From: an uncultured delta proteobacterium
Lineage (GTDB): Bacteria; Desulfobacterota; Binatia; DP-6
DNA: 64,000 nt
Direction of reading: 5' to 3'
Assembly (NCBI GenBank): GCA_963811605.1
Contig: CAWESA010000011.1
Coordinates: 159,698-223,697 of the forward strand
This document shows positions 1 through 10,238 of the stretch, piece by piece. How positions within the stretch are numbered: position 1 is the stretch's first letter; the number at the start of each line of letters is the position of its first letter. The translations under genes and the position numbers were made by a program. Below the pieces are notes generated by a model. It was not told the origin of the DNA. It was given only the letters and a program-made list of their open reading frames with translations, and did not search any database.

Positions 1-180
1 GTACGAGCGCACCCGCGCGCGCAGGTTCACCGCCTTGCCGACGTAGATCACCTTCCCGTGGCTGTCCTTCAAGAGGTACACGCCCGGCGACGGGGGCACG
101 GTGGCGATGCGCTCCTCCGGGGTCACTGTCGCCCGATCGGGCGCGGGGGAAGCTCCGTCCTCGGTGGACACGTGATTCAC
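1..180 (-). CDS. uvrC: excinuclease ABC subunit C (UvrC), N-terminal GIY-YIG fragment; gene runs off the left edge
   Basis: Minus-strand translation from the GTG at 178-180 gives [60 protein letters not shown]. This contains the GIY-YIG signature (GVYL.KD..G.VIYVGKA.NL..RV.SY) of the UvrC N-terminus. The start codon is uncertain (GTG). Confidence 0.6.
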   Translation of the reverse strand, partial: MNHVSTEDGASPAPDRATVTPEERIATVPPSPGVYLLKDSHGKVIYVGKAVNLRARVRSY

Positions 181-247
181 ATCCTATCGGGAGCGGGGCG
201 GGAACGGGAGGCTGCGACGGACGGCCAGGCGAGTCAACCGCCCGGGC

Positions 248-2278
248 TCAGACCGGCTCGCCTTCCGGCACCGCCACGCCCAGCAGCCGCTCCTCGAGCG
301 CCCGGATCTCGTCCCGCAGGGAGGCGGCCTGCTCGAACTCGAGCTGACGCGCCGCCTCGCGCATCTCGCCGCGCAGCGCGACGATGCGCCTGGCGAGCAC
401 CGCCGGGTCGACCGGAGCGTCGGCGGCCAGCGCGCCCCGGTCGACCGGGACGGTGACGTAGTCGCCCTCGCACGCCACGACCAGCGGATCGCCGATCGCC
501 TTCTGGATGCTCTGCGGCGTGATGCCGTGCGCCGCATTGTAGGCCCCCTGCACCTCGCGCCGGCGATTGGTCTCGCCGATCGCCTTCCGCATCGACTCGG
601 TGGTCACGTCGGCGTACATGAGCACGGTACCCTTCACGTTGCGCGCCGCCCGACCGATGGTCTGGATGAGGGAGCGCTCCGACCGCAGGTAGCCCTCCTT
701 GTCGGCGTCGAGGATGGCCACCAGCGACACCTCGGGCAGGTCGAGCCCCTCACGCAGCAGGTTGATCCCGACCAGGACGTCGAACGTGCCGCGCCGCAGC
801 TCCCGGATGATCTCGCTGCGCTCGATCGTGTCGATGTCGGCGTGGATGTAGCGCACGCGGATCCCGATGTCCTGCAGATAATCGGTCAGGTCCTCGGCCA
901 TCTTCTTGGTGAGCGTGGTCACCAGCACACGCTCCGACTCCGCCACGCGCACGCGGATCTCCTCCACCAGGTCGTCGACCTGGTGTCGCGCCGGCCGCAC
1001 GATCACCTCGGGGTCCGTGAGGCCGGTGGGCCGGATGAGCTGCTCGGCCACCCGGCCCTTCGCCATGCGCAGCTCCCAGTCGCCCGGCGTGGCCGAGACG
1101 TAGAGCGCCTGCGGGATGCGGAGCAGAAATTCCTCGAAGTTCAGCGGCCGGTTGTCGAGCGCCGACGGCAGGCGGAAGCCGAACTCGACCAGCGTCTCCT
1201 TGCGCGCCCGATCCCCGCGATACATGCCGCCGATCTGCGGCACGGTGACGTGGCTCTCGTCGATCACGAGCAGGAAGTCCTTCGGGAAGTAGTCGAGCAG
1301 CGTGAACGGCGGCTCGCCGGGCTGGCGCCCGTCGAGGTGCCGCGAGTAGTTCTCGATGCCCGGACAGAACCCCATCTCGGCGAGCAGCTCGAGGTCGTAG
1401 AGCGTGCGCTGCTCGAGCCGTTGCGCCTCGAGCAGCTTGCGCGCGTCGCGCAGCTCGTCGAGCCGGTCCTGCAGCTCGACCCGGATCCCGTCCACCGCCT
1501 TCTTGAGCGTCGGGGTCGTCGCCACGTAGTGGCTCGCCGGGTAGATCGCGATCTGGTCGATCCGCCGCAGCACCTTGCCGCGCAGCGGATCGATCTCGGC
1601 GATCGACTCCACCGTGTCGCCGAACAGCTCGACACGGATCGCGCGTCCTTCCTCGTAGGCCGGGTAGATCTCGATGACGTCGCCGCGGACCCGGAACGTG
1701 CCGCGATGAAAGTCGTAGTCGTTGCGCTGGTACTGCATGTCGACCAGCTTGCGCAGCACGCTGTCACGCTCGACGGTGTCGTTGCGCTCGAGCACGACCA
1801 GCATGTCGAAGTACGACGTCGGGGAGCCGAGACCGTAGATGCAGGAGACGCTCGCCACCACCAGGACATCGTTGCGTTCCAGCAGGGCCTTGGTGGCCGC
1901 GTGGCGCATCTTGTCGATCTCGTCGTTGATGGAGGCGTCCTTGGCGATGTAGGTGTCGCTCGACGGGACGTAGGCCTCGGGCTGGTAGTAGTCGTAGTAG
2001 CTGACGAAGTAGCGGACCGCGTTGTCGGGAAAGAAGGCCCGGAACTCGTGGAACAGCTGCGCCGCGAGCGTCTTGTTGGGCGCGATCACCAGCGTCGGCT
2101 TGTTCACCGCGGCCACCACCTCGGACACGGTGAACGTCTTGCCGCTGCCGGTCACCCCGAGCAGCACCTGATGGCGCTCACCCGCCTGCACGCCCGCCGC
2201 GAGGAGCCCGATGGCCTGCGGCTGGTCACCCTGGGGAGTGAAATCCGCACGGAGGCGGAACGAGCCTTCACGTCGCAT
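248..2278 (-). CDS. uvrB: excinuclease ABC subunit B (UvrB)
   Basis: 676 aa. Begins MRREGSFRL and contains the helicase motif [10 protein letters not shown]-terminus is UVR-domain-like ([18 protein letters not shown]). The start was mapped to the CAT at 2276-2278. The longer 1107-aa ORF call is an upstream artefact. Confidence 0.95.
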   Translation of the reverse strand: MRREGSFRLRADFTPQGDQPQAIGLLAAGVQAGERHQVLLGVTGSGKTFTVSEVVAAVNKPTLVIAPNKTLAAQLFHEFRAFFPDNAVRYFVSYYDYYQPEAYVPSSDTYIAKDASINDEIDKMRHAATKALLERNDVLVVASVSCIYGLGSPTSYFDMLVVLERNDTVERDSVLRKLVDMQYQRNDYDFHRGTFRVRGDVIEIYPAYEEGRAIRVELFGDTVESIAEIDPLRGKVLRRIDQIAIYPASHYVATTPTLKKAVDGIRVELQDRLDELRDARKLLEAQRLEQRTLYDLELLAEMGFCPGIENYSRHLDGRQPGEPPFTLLDYFPKDFLLVIDESHVTVPQIGGMYRGDRARKETLVEFGFRLPSALDNRPLNFEEFLLRIPQALYVSATPGDWELRMAKGRVAEQLIRPTGLTDPEVIVRPARHQVDDLVEEIRVRVAESERVLVTTLTKKMAEDLTDYLQDIGIRVRYIHADIDTIERSEIIRELRRGTFDVLVGINLLREGLDLPEVSLVAILDADKEGYLRSERSLIQTIGRAARNVKGTVLMYADVTTESMRKAIGETNRRREVQGAYNAAHGITPQSIQKAIGDPLVVACEGDYVTVPVDRGALAADAPVDPAVLARRIVALRGEMREAARQLEFEQAASLRDEIRALEERLLGVAVPEGEPV

Positions 2279-2386
2279 GGCGGTCGCCGAGCATAGCAGC
2301 GCGCGCCGGGCGACGCAGCCCGCGCGCGCGTTGCGCCGCGTGCTGCTGGTGTGGTTGAGCCGGACCAGCCCCACAGGAGGAGTCTG

Positions 2387-2752
2387 ATGCGACGATTCGC
2401 GATCGGCTTGGCGGTGGTGTCCGGCCTCACTCTCGCGACGGCCGCCCGGCGCGCGCACGCCGACGACATGAGCTTCACGGTGGTGAACGTCGAGTACGAG
2501 GGGACCAAGCTCTGGCTGCCTGGCACGCTCGTCGTGAAGAAGGGCTCGAAGGTCAAGATCAAGCTCGTCAACAACGTGCCGGGCGACCCCGCCCAGCACG
2601 GGTTCGCCATCCCGGCATACAACGTGGCCGAGATCGTCAACCGGGGAGAGCCCAGGCAGGTCGAGTTCACCGCCGGCAAGGAGGGCGTCTTCCCCATCAT
2701 CTGCCAGCTGCACCCGGCCCACGTGGGCGGCGAGCTGGTCGTCGTGCCGTGA
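2387..2752 (+). CDS. secreted cupredoxin-like (blue-copper-type) protein
   Basis: AGGAGG ribosome-binding site at 2374-2380, followed by ATG at 2387. Signal peptide [25 protein letters not shown]. His and Cys ligand-like motifs QHGFAIP and [17 protein letters not shown] are typical of the cupredoxin fold. No axial Met is visible. Confidence 0.55.
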   Translation: MRRFAIGLAVVSGLTLATAARRAHADDMSFTVVNVEYEGTKLWLPGTLVVKKGSKVKIKLVNNVPGDPAQHGFAIPAYNVAEIVNRGEPRQVEFTAGKEGVFPIICQLHPAHVGGELVVVP

Positions 2753-2836
2753 GGACACCGGCAGCGTTGACACCCGGCACGGACGGAGGGTAAGGCTCCC
2801 GGCGCCACCCGCCAGCGCCCTCCGGAGACGTCCCGC

Positions 2837-4165
2837 ATGCGCATGCTGCTCGCTCTCGCCGCCCTCCTCCTCCTCCAGCCGCTGGCGCACGCGGAGGGGC
2901 TGGCCGTCCTCACCGAGGGCAAGGTGGCCGTGTTCAAGCACGGTGGCGGCACCGTACGGGTCGGCCGCGATCCGCAGCTCGCCAGCGCGCCCTCCCCGGC
3001 CTGCCCGACCGAGTCGGGCGTCGTCCTCTCGTCCTATCCCGAGCCCACCCAGCGCGTCGTCACGGCGACGACGGTCACGCTCGACTGCGCGCGGTGGAAG
3101 AAGAAGGGCAACGCCTTCGTCTACAACGACCCCGCCGCCACCGGGGGCGTGCGCGCGATCCGCTACGGTCGCAAGGGCCTGCGGATCCGCTTCGAGGGCA
3201 CCGCCCCCGCGGCACCGGCCGGCTATCTCCAGGCCTGGCTCACCGTCGGGTCCACCCGCTTCAACGCCCGCTTTCACAACTTCGTCCGCAACCAGCCCGG
3301 CGTCCTGATCACCCGCAAGCCATCTGCGGCGGCCGCCACCGGTGAGCGCGCCTTCTGGAGCGTGCTGCATCGCGACTGGAGCACCGCCTCGCAGAAGGCG
3401 GACCTCGAGCAGGTCGCGCTCGATTGCTTCACCCGCGCCGCCAGGCACGACAAGCGCGATGGCTGGTCCCGCTTTCTTCTCGGCATGACCCACCTGTATC
3501 GCTTCGGCCAGGCGATCGAGCGCTACGACGCCGTGAGCGACTTCGCGCGCGGCGAGATCGACGCCGCCCACGCCGCCTTCCAGGACGCCCTGCCGCTGGT
3601 CTGGAACGGCGCCACCGGCGATTCACGCGCGCCCGGCTTCGCCGCCGCCGGCACGTTTGTCCTGGGCGTCGTGCGCGACGATCCGGCTCTCCAGGCGCAG
3701 GGCCTCGAGGAGCTCGACGCCGCCTTCCGCGTGAATCCGTTCTTCAACGTCTTCGACTACATCCCCCTGGCGCAGGCGCTGCCGGCGTTCGATCCGCGCT
3801 TCCAGGGGGTGTTCGACAAGGTGAACGCTTACCTCACCGACCCGGCCACGCTGCAGTGCCTCGGCACCCAGCCGGAGATCTGCAACAACGACGGGTATGC
3901 GCCGCGCAACACGTCGGGCTCGCTGGCGCTCTTCGGCGACCTCGACGCCAAGGGCGGCGATGCGGTGGGCGCTCAGCGCTGGTACACCCTCGCGCTCGCC
4001 TACGGGCGCGGTGGCAGCCGGGCCTATCCCTTCCTGTCCGCGCTCGAGGCCCGCGTCACCTCGGTGCCCGAGCGGGTCGCCCTCTTCCGGGATGCCGACG
4101 CCTCCAACGACCCGACCGTCATCGGCGCCGGCCCGGAAGCCTGCTCCGCCTGTCACAACCGGTGA
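2837..4165 (+). CDS. secreted hypothetical protein (442 aa)
   Basis: N-terminal signal peptide [21 protein letters not shown]. Protein-like composition throughout. Ends CSACHNR. I do not recognise a family. Confidence 0.5.
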   Translation: MRMLLALAALLLLQPLAHAEGLAVLTEGKVAVFKHGGGTVRVGRDPQLASAPSPACPTESGVVLSSYPEPTQRVVTATTVTLDCARWKKKGNAFVYNDPAATGGVRAIRYGRKGLRIRFEGTAPAAPAGYLQAWLTVGSTRFNARFHNFVRNQPGVLITRKPSAAAATGERAFWSVLHRDWSTASQKADLEQVALDCFTRAARHDKRDGWSRFLLGMTHLYRFGQAIERYDAVSDFARGEIDAAHAAFQDALPLVWNGATGDSRAPGFAAAGTFVLGVVRDDPALQAQGLEELDAAFRVNPFFNVFDYIPLAQALPAFDPRFQGVFDKVNAYLTDPATLQCLGTQPEICNNDGYAPRNTSGSLALFGDLDAKGGDAVGAQRWYTLALAYGRGGSRAYPFLSALEARVTSVPERVALFRDADASNDPTVIGAGPEACSACHNR

Positions 4166-4168
4166 CGC

Positions 4169-4495
4169 TCAGCGGCCGCCACCGCGCTGCTTCCAGCGCC
4201 GGTACTTCTCGTTGAACTGCTCACGCATTGCCGGATCCTGGCGACGGTAGTTCTCGTAGTTCTGCCGCAGGCGCTCCTGCTCCTGCGGCGGCATGCCCTG
4301 GAAGCGCTGGAAGCGGTTCTCGTACATGTCGCGCCGTTGCTGCGGCAGCTGCTGGTAGTGACGGTAGTTGTCCCACGCGCGGCGCTTCTCCTCGGGCGAC
4401 AGCTGCTGCCAGTCACGGCCGGACCATTGCGCGGCCGCCGGCGCGACGGCCGCGAGACAGACGGCCAGAGCCAGCGCGCCGACTGCCGCTCTCAT
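4169..4495 (-). CDS. small periplasmic protein, DUF3106-like (ECF-sigma-associated)
   Basis: 108 aa with signal peptide MRAAVGALALAVCLAAVAPAAA. The remainder is charged repeats (QWSGRDWQQLSPEEKRRAWDNYRHYQQLP...RFQRFQGMPPQEQERLRQNYENYRR). It is the third gene after the sigma/anti-sigma pair on the same strand. Confidence 0.5.
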   Translation of the reverse strand: MRAAVGALALAVCLAAVAPAAAQWSGRDWQQLSPEEKRRAWDNYRHYQQLPQQRRDMYENRFQRFQGMPPQEQERLRQNYENYRRQDPAMREQFNEKYRRWKQRGGGR

Positions 4496-5115
4496 CCGTT
4501 CGACTGATCCCCCCGCTGCCCGTCGAGCGTGGTGGTCTCGATCGCGTCGTAGTGCTGGAGCTTGTCGAGATTGCGCAGCATGGGCAGGTTGATGAACAGA
4601 TCGGGCCGGGCCGCGAGCTCGGGGGGCGGATCGCTCGGCACCGTGCGACGACGCGGTGCCGGCGCATGCGGCGCGGGGGAGGGCGGCGGCGCGGGGGCGC
4701 GCCGCGTGACCTGCGCCAGCGCGTTCACTCGCGGGGCGGGCGGCGGCGGGGTCTTCGCTGCGGGCGCCGCCGGCATGTCCGGCGGCGCGCCGGCCTGCAG
4801 CGCGATCACGAGCGCGCCGGCCGCGGCCAGGGCCGGTGCAGCCACGAACACCCAGCGGCGACCCCGGCGTGGCTCGCTCCCGCCCGCCGCCACGCGCACC
4901 CGCCGCAGCGTGTCCTGCTCCAGGCGCGGAGACAGCGCCGCCGTCATCGGCAGCAGCCCCAGCGCGCGATCGAGCGCTGCGTACGCCGCCTGCTCGCGCC
5001 GACAGCCTTCGCAACGCTCGAGGTGCCGTTCGAGACGCGTCAGCCGGCGTGACGAGAGCTCGCCGGCGAGGCCCCGTGGAATCCAGCGTTGTGCCGTTCG
5101 GCATCGCATCTGCAT
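4492..5115 (-). CDS. anti-sigma factor with zf-HC2 zinc-finger
   Basis: Starts MQMRC at 5115. Motif RLERHLERCEGCRREQAAY (H-x3-C-x2-C) is the zf-HC2 anti-sigma signature. A predicted transmembrane segment (WVFVAAPALAAAGALVIAL) is followed by a Pro/Ala-rich periplasmic tail. It lies immediately downstream of the ECF sigma gene. Confidence 0.65.
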   Translation of the reverse strand: MQMRCRTAQRWIPRGLAGELSSRRLTRLERHLERCEGCRREQAAYAALDRALGLLPMTAALSPRLEQDTLRRVRVAAGGSEPRRGRRWVFVAAPALAAAGALVIALQAGAPPDMPAAPAAKTPPPPAPRVNALAQVTRRAPAPPPSPAPHAPAPRRRTVPSDPPPELAARPDLFINLPMLRNLDKLQHYDAIETTTLDGQRGDQSNG

Positions 5116-5134
5116 GACGGATCCTCCCTCGAAG

Positions 5135-5782
5135 CTACAGGAAATCGCGCAGCCTGTCCCGGAGCCCGTGGGTGGCCCGAAACAGCAGCGCCTTGACCGC
5201 GCCCTCGGTCGTTCCGAGCGCTTCGGCCACGTCGCGGTAGGCCATGCCGTCGAGCCGGGACAGCAGCAGCGCGGCGCGCTGCTTCGGCGGCAGCCCGGCC
5301 ACGGCGGTCTCGAGTGCACGGACCATCTCACGCCCCGCCGCACCTCGCTCCGGGTCGATGGCGGCCGGATCCGGCAGGGGCGGCTCCGCGGGCGCGGCGC
5401 CCGCCTCGGCCGCGCGCCCGTCCCAGAGATCGACCCGTAGCTGGTGCTCGGGCCGCCGGAGCTCGTTCAGGCAGAGGTTGGTCGCGATCGTGAATATCCA
5501 GGTCGAGAGTCGACTCTCCGGCCGGTAGCGGTCGCGAAAGCGGTACACCTGGACGAAGACGTCCTGGGTGATCTCCTCCGCGCGGGCCTCGGCGCCGACC
5601 AGTCGCCGGACGTACTGCAGCACCCGGGGCCCGAAGCGCTGGAACAGCACGGGGAACGCTTCCTCGTCGCCCTGCTGCACCCGGAGCATGAGCTGGACGT
5701 CGGGGTCGGCCGCAGCGGATTCCGGGATGGTGTCTCCGGGCCGCGCAGGCTGCGGGCGACCCGGGGGCCCGATCCGCGTCAT
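5135..5782 (-). CDS. ECF (sigma-70 family, RpoE-like) RNA polymerase sigma factor
   Basis: 215 aa. Region 2 (VFVQVYRFRDRYRPESRLSTWIFTIATNLCLNELRR) and region 4 (LPPKQRAALLLSRLDGMAYRDVAEALGTTEGAVKALLFRA) are recognisable. Start mapped to MTRIG at 5782. Confidence 0.85.
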   Translation of the reverse strand: MTRIGPPGRPQPARPGDTIPESAAADPDVQLMLRVQQGDEEAFPVLFQRFGPRVLQYVRRLVGAEARAEEITQDVFVQVYRFRDRYRPESRLSTWIFTIATNLCLNELRRPEHQLRVDLWDGRAAEAGAAPAEPPLPDPAAIDPERGAAGREMVRALETAVAGLPPKQRAALLLSRLDGMAYRDVAEALGTTEGAVKALLFRATHGLRDRLRDFL

Positions 5783-5830
5783 CGCGAGGGGGATTCTAGG
5801 CCAGGGGAGCGGAAGGGGATAGGCAGCCGC

Positions 5831-5846
5831 CGGCACGATCGCTGCA
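5831..5846 (+). promoter_or_regulatory. candidate sigma-54 (-24/-12) promoter upstream of the histidine kinase/NtrC operon
   Basis: cGGCACGatcgCTGCA compared with the consensus TGGCACG-N4-TTGCA. GG to GC spacing is exactly 12 nt. It sits about 65 nt upstream of the kinase start, in the divergent region shared with the ECF sigma operon. There are two mismatches to consensus. Confidence 0.3.
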
Positions 5847-5912
5847 ACACATCGCGTCCAGGGTGGTTGCGCGGCCTGGCCTGGCCCCCGGGAAGCTGCT
5901 AACGCCTGGCCC

Positions 5913-7517
5913 GTGACCGGCGGCCACCCCGACCCGTCCCTGGCAGCCCATCTCGCGCGCATCACGGCCTATAGCACCGGGACCGGGCTGGTGGATCCCC
6001 GGCTCGATCGAGCCGACCTGCGACGGGCTCTGGCCGCCTTCGTCACGCTCCGCGCCCCGGCCCTGCTGGATCGGTGGACCGCCGACCTCGGCTGTGGCCT
6101 CGGCCTGCCCGCGCACGAGTGGCCGCGCGTGAAGGCCGACCAGGAGGCCGCCCTCGTGCGCTGGGCCCGCCACGTGGCCGATCCGACCAACCTCGAGACC
6201 TACCTCTTTCTCCGCAGTCACACGCGGCGCGGCTTCATCGCCCAGTTTCCGGCATCGCGGTTTCTGGCCTCGCAGATGCGCTTCGTGCAGCTGCTCGCCG
6301 AGGACCTGCAGCGCGAATACGCGCACGACCCGGCCCGGGCGCGCGCCCTGACGGCGCTGCTGGAGCAGGAATTCGCCATCCGCATCCTCCACATCACCGA
6401 CTTCTTCGTCGAGGCGCGCGAGGATCTGCTGCTCGAGCAGGAGGCCAGCTACCGCCGGGCGATCGACCATGCGCCGGCGTGCATCTTCATGGCCGATGCG
6501 GCCGATGGACGCATCTTCACCGCCAACCAGGTGGCGGAACGCATGCTCGGCTTCCCCCACGCCGCGCTGGAGGGACGGCTGGTCGCGGAGCTGCACCCGC
6601 CCCCGGAGCGCGTCCGGGTCGCCACGCTGCTACGGACCGCGCAGGATCAGGGCCACGCGAGTCGGGACGATCTCCACCTGCTGACGCGCACGGGCCAACC
6701 GGTGCCGGTCTTCATCACCGCCGGCTTCATCGAGTACGGCGACCGGCACTGGCACCAGCTGATGTACGTCGACATCTCGGACCGCAAGCGCCTCGAAAGC
6801 CAGCTCATCCAGTCGGAGAAGCTGGCGGCCATCGGACAGCTCGCGGCAGGCATCGCGCACGAGCTGCGCAACCCGCTCGCGATCGTGATGAACGCGCTCT
6901 ACGACGTGCGCCAGGTGCTGGGCGCGGCGCCGCCGGAGGTCCTGGAAGACCTCCACATCGCGGAGGAAGAGATCAGCCGAGCCCAGGCGATCATCAAGAA
7001 CCTGCTGGAGTTCTCCCGCGAGTCGGGCGCGGACGTCGAGCACGTCGACGTCAACGACCTGGTCAGCCGGACCGTCCAGCTGATGCAGAAGTATCTCCAG
7101 AACGCCGGCGTCCGCGTCACGGCCGACCTGGGCGAGATCCCGGCCTGCGCCGTGAACCCGAACGCCATGCGCCAGATCCTCCTCAACCTGATCACCAACG
7201 CCGTCCAGGCGATGCCGAAGGGCGGCGAGCTCTTCGTGCGCACGGGGCGCGCCAACGGCGAGCGCGTTCTCCTCGAGGTCCGCGACACCGGCGTCGGCAT
7301 TCCGGCGGCCCACCTGCACGACATCTTCAACCCGTTCTACACCACGAAGGCGCCCGGCCAGGGCACCGGCCTCGGCCTCTCGGTGGTCCACTCGATCCTG
7401 CAGCGCTACCGCGGCGAGATCCGGGTGACCAGCGAGCTCGGCACCGGGACCACCTTCACCATCGAGTTACCCTGCCCCTGTCACGACGAGGCCGGGGGAG
7501 ACCTCACCACGACCTGA
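5913..7517 (+). CDS. PAS-domain sensor histidine kinase
   Basis: PAS region (AIDHAPACIFMADAADGRIFTANQVAERMLGF). HisKA H-box SEKLAAIGQLAAGIAHELRNPL. HATPase_c motifs (ILLNLITNAVQAM, RDTGVGI, GTGLGLSVV). Confidence 0.85.
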   Translation: MTGGHPDPSLAAHLARITAYSTGTGLVDPRLDRADLRRALAAFVTLRAPALLDRWTADLGCGLGLPAHEWPRVKADQEAALVRWARHVADPTNLETYLFLRSHTRRGFIAQFPASRFLASQMRFVQLLAEDLQREYAHDPARARALTALLEQEFAIRILHITDFFVEAREDLLLEQEASYRRAIDHAPACIFMADAADGRIFTANQVAERMLGFPHAALEGRLVAELHPPPERVRVATLLRTAQDQGHASRDDLHLLTRTGQPVPVFITAGFIEYGDRHWHQLMYVDISDRKRLESQLIQSEKLAAIGQLAAGIAHELRNPLAIVMNALYDVRQVLGAAPPEVLEDLHIAEEEISRAQAIIKNLLEFSRESGADVEHVDVNDLVSRTVQLMQKYLQNAGVRVTADLGEIPACAVNPNAMRQILLNLITNAVQAMPKGGELFVRTGRANGERVLLEVRDTGVGIPAAHLHDIFNPFYTTKAPGQGTGLGLSVVHSILQRYRGEIRVTSELGTGTTFTIELPCPCHDEAGGDLTTT

Positions 7518-7523
7518 CCCACG

Positions 7524-8873
7524 ATGCCGGCGCGCATCCTGCTCGTCGAGGACGAGCTCAACATGGCTCGCACGCTGGCCAAGAACCTGGAGCGCGCGGG
7601 GTACGACGTGGAGCATGCGCCGCACGGCGAGGCGGCGCTCGCCCGTCTCGGCAGCGTCACCTTCGACGTGGTGCTGACCGATCTCAAGATGCCCGTGATG
7701 GACGGCATGGATCTGCTGCGGGCGATGCACGAGCGCGAGATCGGCGCCGCGGCGGTGGTGCTCACGGGCTACGGCACCATCGAGTCGGCGGTGGAGGCGA
7801 TGAAGCTCGGCGCCGCCGACTACCTGATCAAGGATGCGCGGCCGCAGGAGATCCTGTTGACGCTCGAGCGGGTCCTCCGCCTGTCGTCGCTCAAGCGCGA
7901 GAACGAGCGCCTGCGGCGCGAGATCGGACGCCTGCGGGGCTTCGGCGAGCTGATCGGCGAGAGCGGCAGCATGCAGGGCGTCTATCGCCTGATCGACGCC
8001 GTCAGCCAGAACAAGAGCACCGTGCTGCTCACCGGGGAGAGCGGCACCGGGAAGGAGCTGGTGGCGCGGACGATCCATCAGCGCGGCATCCTGCGCGACG
8101 CGCCCTTCGTCGCGATCAACTGCGCGGGGCTCTCGGAGACGCTCCTCGACAGCCAGCTCTTCGGCCACCGTCGCGGCGCGTTCACCGGCGCCGTCGCCGA
8201 TCACGACGGCGTCTTCCGCGCCGCCACCGGCGGCACGCTGCTGCTCGACGAGGTGGCCGAGGTGCCGCTCGGCCTGCAGGCGAAGTTCCTGCGCGCCATC
8301 CAGGAGCGCGAGGTGACGCCGCTCGGTTCCAGCCGTCCGGTCGCCGTCGACGTCCGCCTGATCGCGGCCACCAACCGCGATCTCGAAGCCGAGGTCCGCG
8401 ACGGCCGCTTCCGCGCCGACCTGTTCTACCGTCTCAACGTCGTGCACATCGAGCTGCCGTCGCTGCGCGCCCGGCGCGACGACATTCCCCCGCTCGTGGA
8501 CCACTTCCTGGCACGCTACTCGGAGCAGTACCAGGTCGGGCCCAAGCGCCTGGCACCCGACGCCCTCGCCGCCCTGGTGGCCTTCGACTGGCCCGGCAAC
8601 ATCCGCCAGCTCCAGAACGCCATCGAGCGCGCCTTCGCCCTGTCGGCGGCGGACGTGGTGACGCTCGACGATCTCCCGCCGGCCATCCGCGGTGTCACGG
8701 CGGCGACGCCGGCGCCGGCGGCGACCGACACCGTCCTGCGCCTCGCCGATGCGGAGCGCACGCTCATCGAGGCCGCCCTCCGGAAGTCCGGCGGCAACAA
8801 GAACGAGGCGGCGCGGCTGCTCGGGATCGATCGCCAGCGGCTCTACCGCAAGATCGAGAAGTACCGTCTGTGA
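7524..8873 (+). CDS. sigma-54-dependent response regulator (NtrC family; REC + AAA+ sigma54-activator + Fis HTH)
   Basis: REC domain (ILLVEDELNMA...VLTDLKMPVMDG). Walker A GESGTGKE. GAFTGA motif. ESGTGKELVARTIH. C-terminal Fis-type HTH (NKNEAARLLGIDRQRLYRKI). Confidence 0.9.
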   Translation: MPARILLVEDELNMARTLAKNLERAGYDVEHAPHGEAALARLGSVTFDVVLTDLKMPVMDGMDLLRAMHEREIGAAAVVLTGYGTIESAVEAMKLGAADYLIKDARPQEILLTLERVLRLSSLKRENERLRREIGRLRGFGELIGESGSMQGVYRLIDAVSQNKSTVLLTGESGTGKELVARTIHQRGILRDAPFVAINCAGLSETLLDSQLFGHRRGAFTGAVADHDGVFRAATGGTLLLDEVAEVPLGLQAKFLRAIQEREVTPLGSSRPVAVDVRLIAATNRDLEAEVRDGRFRADLFYRLNVVHIELPSLRARRDDIPPLVDHFLARYSEQYQVGPKRLAPDALAALVAFDWPGNIRQLQNAIERAFALSAADVVTLDDLPPAIRGVTAATPAPAATDTVLRLADAERTLIEAALRKSGGNKNEAARLLGIDRQRLYRKIEKYRL

Positions 8874-9546
8874 GCGGCTGCGCGCCGGACCGGCGGATGG
8901 TGGAGAGCGCGATCGTCTCCCAGACGCCGTCGGCCGGGACGCGATGCGAGGTGGTGTCGACGCCCAGCCCGCACGCCGCGAGCTCGGGATAGAAGGCGCG
9001 CGTGTCGATCCGCCCGCCGTCGGCCAGGAGGGCGACGCCGCGCGGCGCGAGCAACGCCTCGATCGCGCGGGCGATGGCCGGAAACGCCGCACGGTCGTAG
9101 AGCACCTCGGCCAGGAGCACGAGGTCGAACCTGCCGCGGACGGCGCCGGCCGTCAGGTCTGTTTCGACCAGGTCGACGGCGCCGAGCCCGTTCGCCTGCG
9201 CACTGGCGCGCACGAAGACGAGCGGCGCGTGCTCGCGATCGACGAACGTCACCGTCGCACCGCGGCGCGCGGCGACCAGTCCGGGCAAGCCGAGGCCGCA
9301 GCCGAGCTCGATGGCGCGTCCGCCGCCGGCGGGCACGGCGGTCGCCAGCACGCGCGCACCCCTCCACAGGTGGGCCCAGTACGGCGGCTCGGGAGCGTCG
9401 TCGCCGGCGAGGAGCGCGCGGCGATCGACGTGACGCTCGAGGTCCGCGACCTGCCACAGCGCCACGCTCCCGTCGCCCGTCGCGACGGAGCCCAGTCTGG
9501 CGTCGAAACCGGCCAGCGTGCAGCTCCCTTCTCTATTGTCAGTCAT
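8764..9546 (-). CDS. class I SAM-dependent methyltransferase (3' end uncertain)
   Basis: Starts MTDNREGS at 9546. SAM-binding motif RAIELGCGLGLPGLVAARRGATVTFVDRE, followed by DLVLLAEVLYD. The called ORF runs 110 nt into the convergent response-regulator gene. Its Arg/Ser-rich tail may be an artefact. Confidence 0.6.
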   Translation of the reverse strand: MTDNREGSCTLAGFDARLGSVATGDGSVALWQVADLERHVDRRALLAGDDAPEPPYWAHLWRGARVLATAVPAGGGRAIELGCGLGLPGLVAARRGATVTFVDREHAPLVFVRASAQANGLGAVDLVETDLTAGAVRGRFDLVLLAEVLYDRAAFPAIARAIEALLAPRGVALLADGGRIDTRAFYPELAACGLGVDTTSHRVPADGVWETIALSTIRRSGAQPLTDGTSRSCGRAAGDRSRAAAPPRSCCRRTSGGRPR

Positions 9547-9746
9547 CGGGTCAGGTGCTATGGACGCGCCCGTTCGACACGGGCTGGGAGGGAGTCGATG
9601 GATGAGACGTCGCGGCTGACCGTTCAGATCGTCGATCCCGCAGGCCCGGTCAACCATCCGCACACGAAGTCGGATCCCCAGCCGGACGCGAGGTGCGTGC
9701 GCTCCTCGCGACTCGGGTGAGGGATCGGGCACGACGCGTTCCGCTC

Positions 9747-10238
9747 GTGCTCGGCCATCCGTCTCGCCTGCTCGGTCTCGCCGCGCTCGCGTTCGCACTC
9801 GCCGGCTGTGCCGGAAGCGGCTCCGACTCGGGCGGCGGTGGTGGCAACGGGGGCGGCGGGACCAACTGCAAGAATCCCCCGCCCCCGACCGTGTCCTTCG
9901 CTGGCAACATCCAGCCCATCTACAACCGCTCCTGCGCCACCTCGACGGCGTGCCACATCGGCCCCACCTCGGGGGCAGGGCTCCAGCTCCAGCAGGGCAT
10001 CGCGTACGGCGCGACGGTGAACGTGCCGTCGACGCAGCAGCCGAGGCAGCTCCTGGTGAAGCCGGGCGACCCGGACGCCAGCTATCTCCTGCGCAAGGTC
10101 GAGGGGAGCGCCGGGATCTCCGGCCTGCAGATGCCGCAGGGCTGTCCGGGCACGCCGCTGGGCGGCGCCGTCTGCCCCAGCCCGGACGAGATCACCGCCA
10201 TCCGGACCTGGATCATGGAATGCGCGCCGAACAACTGA
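9747..10238 (+). CDS. lipoprotein with a cytochrome-c-like Cys motif domain (PSCyt-like)
   Basis: With a GTG start at 9747 the lipoprotein signal is MLGHPSRLLGLAALAFALAGC, with a LAGC lipobox. A Gly-rich linker follows. The domain reads NIQPIYNRSCATSTACHIGPTSGAGLQLQQG...LLVKPGDPDASYLLRKVEG...MPQGCPG. Confidence 0.5.
   Translation: MLGHPSRLLGLAALAFALAGCAGSGSDSGGGGGNGGGGTNCKNPPPPTVSFAGNIQPIYNRSCATSTACHIGPTSGAGLQLQQGIAYGATVNVPSTQQPRQLLVKPGDPDASYLLRKVEGSAGISGLQMPQGCPGTPLGGAVCPSPDEITAIRTWIMECAPNN

Noticed and set aside
1-2278. uvrB immediately upstream of uvrC on the same strand as a notable arrangement
   Set aside because: Adjacent uvr genes occur in various bacteria. Nothing in the sequence indicates anything beyond ordinary DNA-repair genes.
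527-2296. 589-aa plus-strand ORF, and the 1107-aa extension of the uvrB ORF up to 3571
   Set aside because: Both are antisense to or upstream of UvrB with no conserved motifs and low-complexity Arg/Ala/Gly composition typical of high-GC out-of-frame reading. The real plus-strand genes (cupredoxin at 2387 and the secreted protein at 2837) occupy the same interval.
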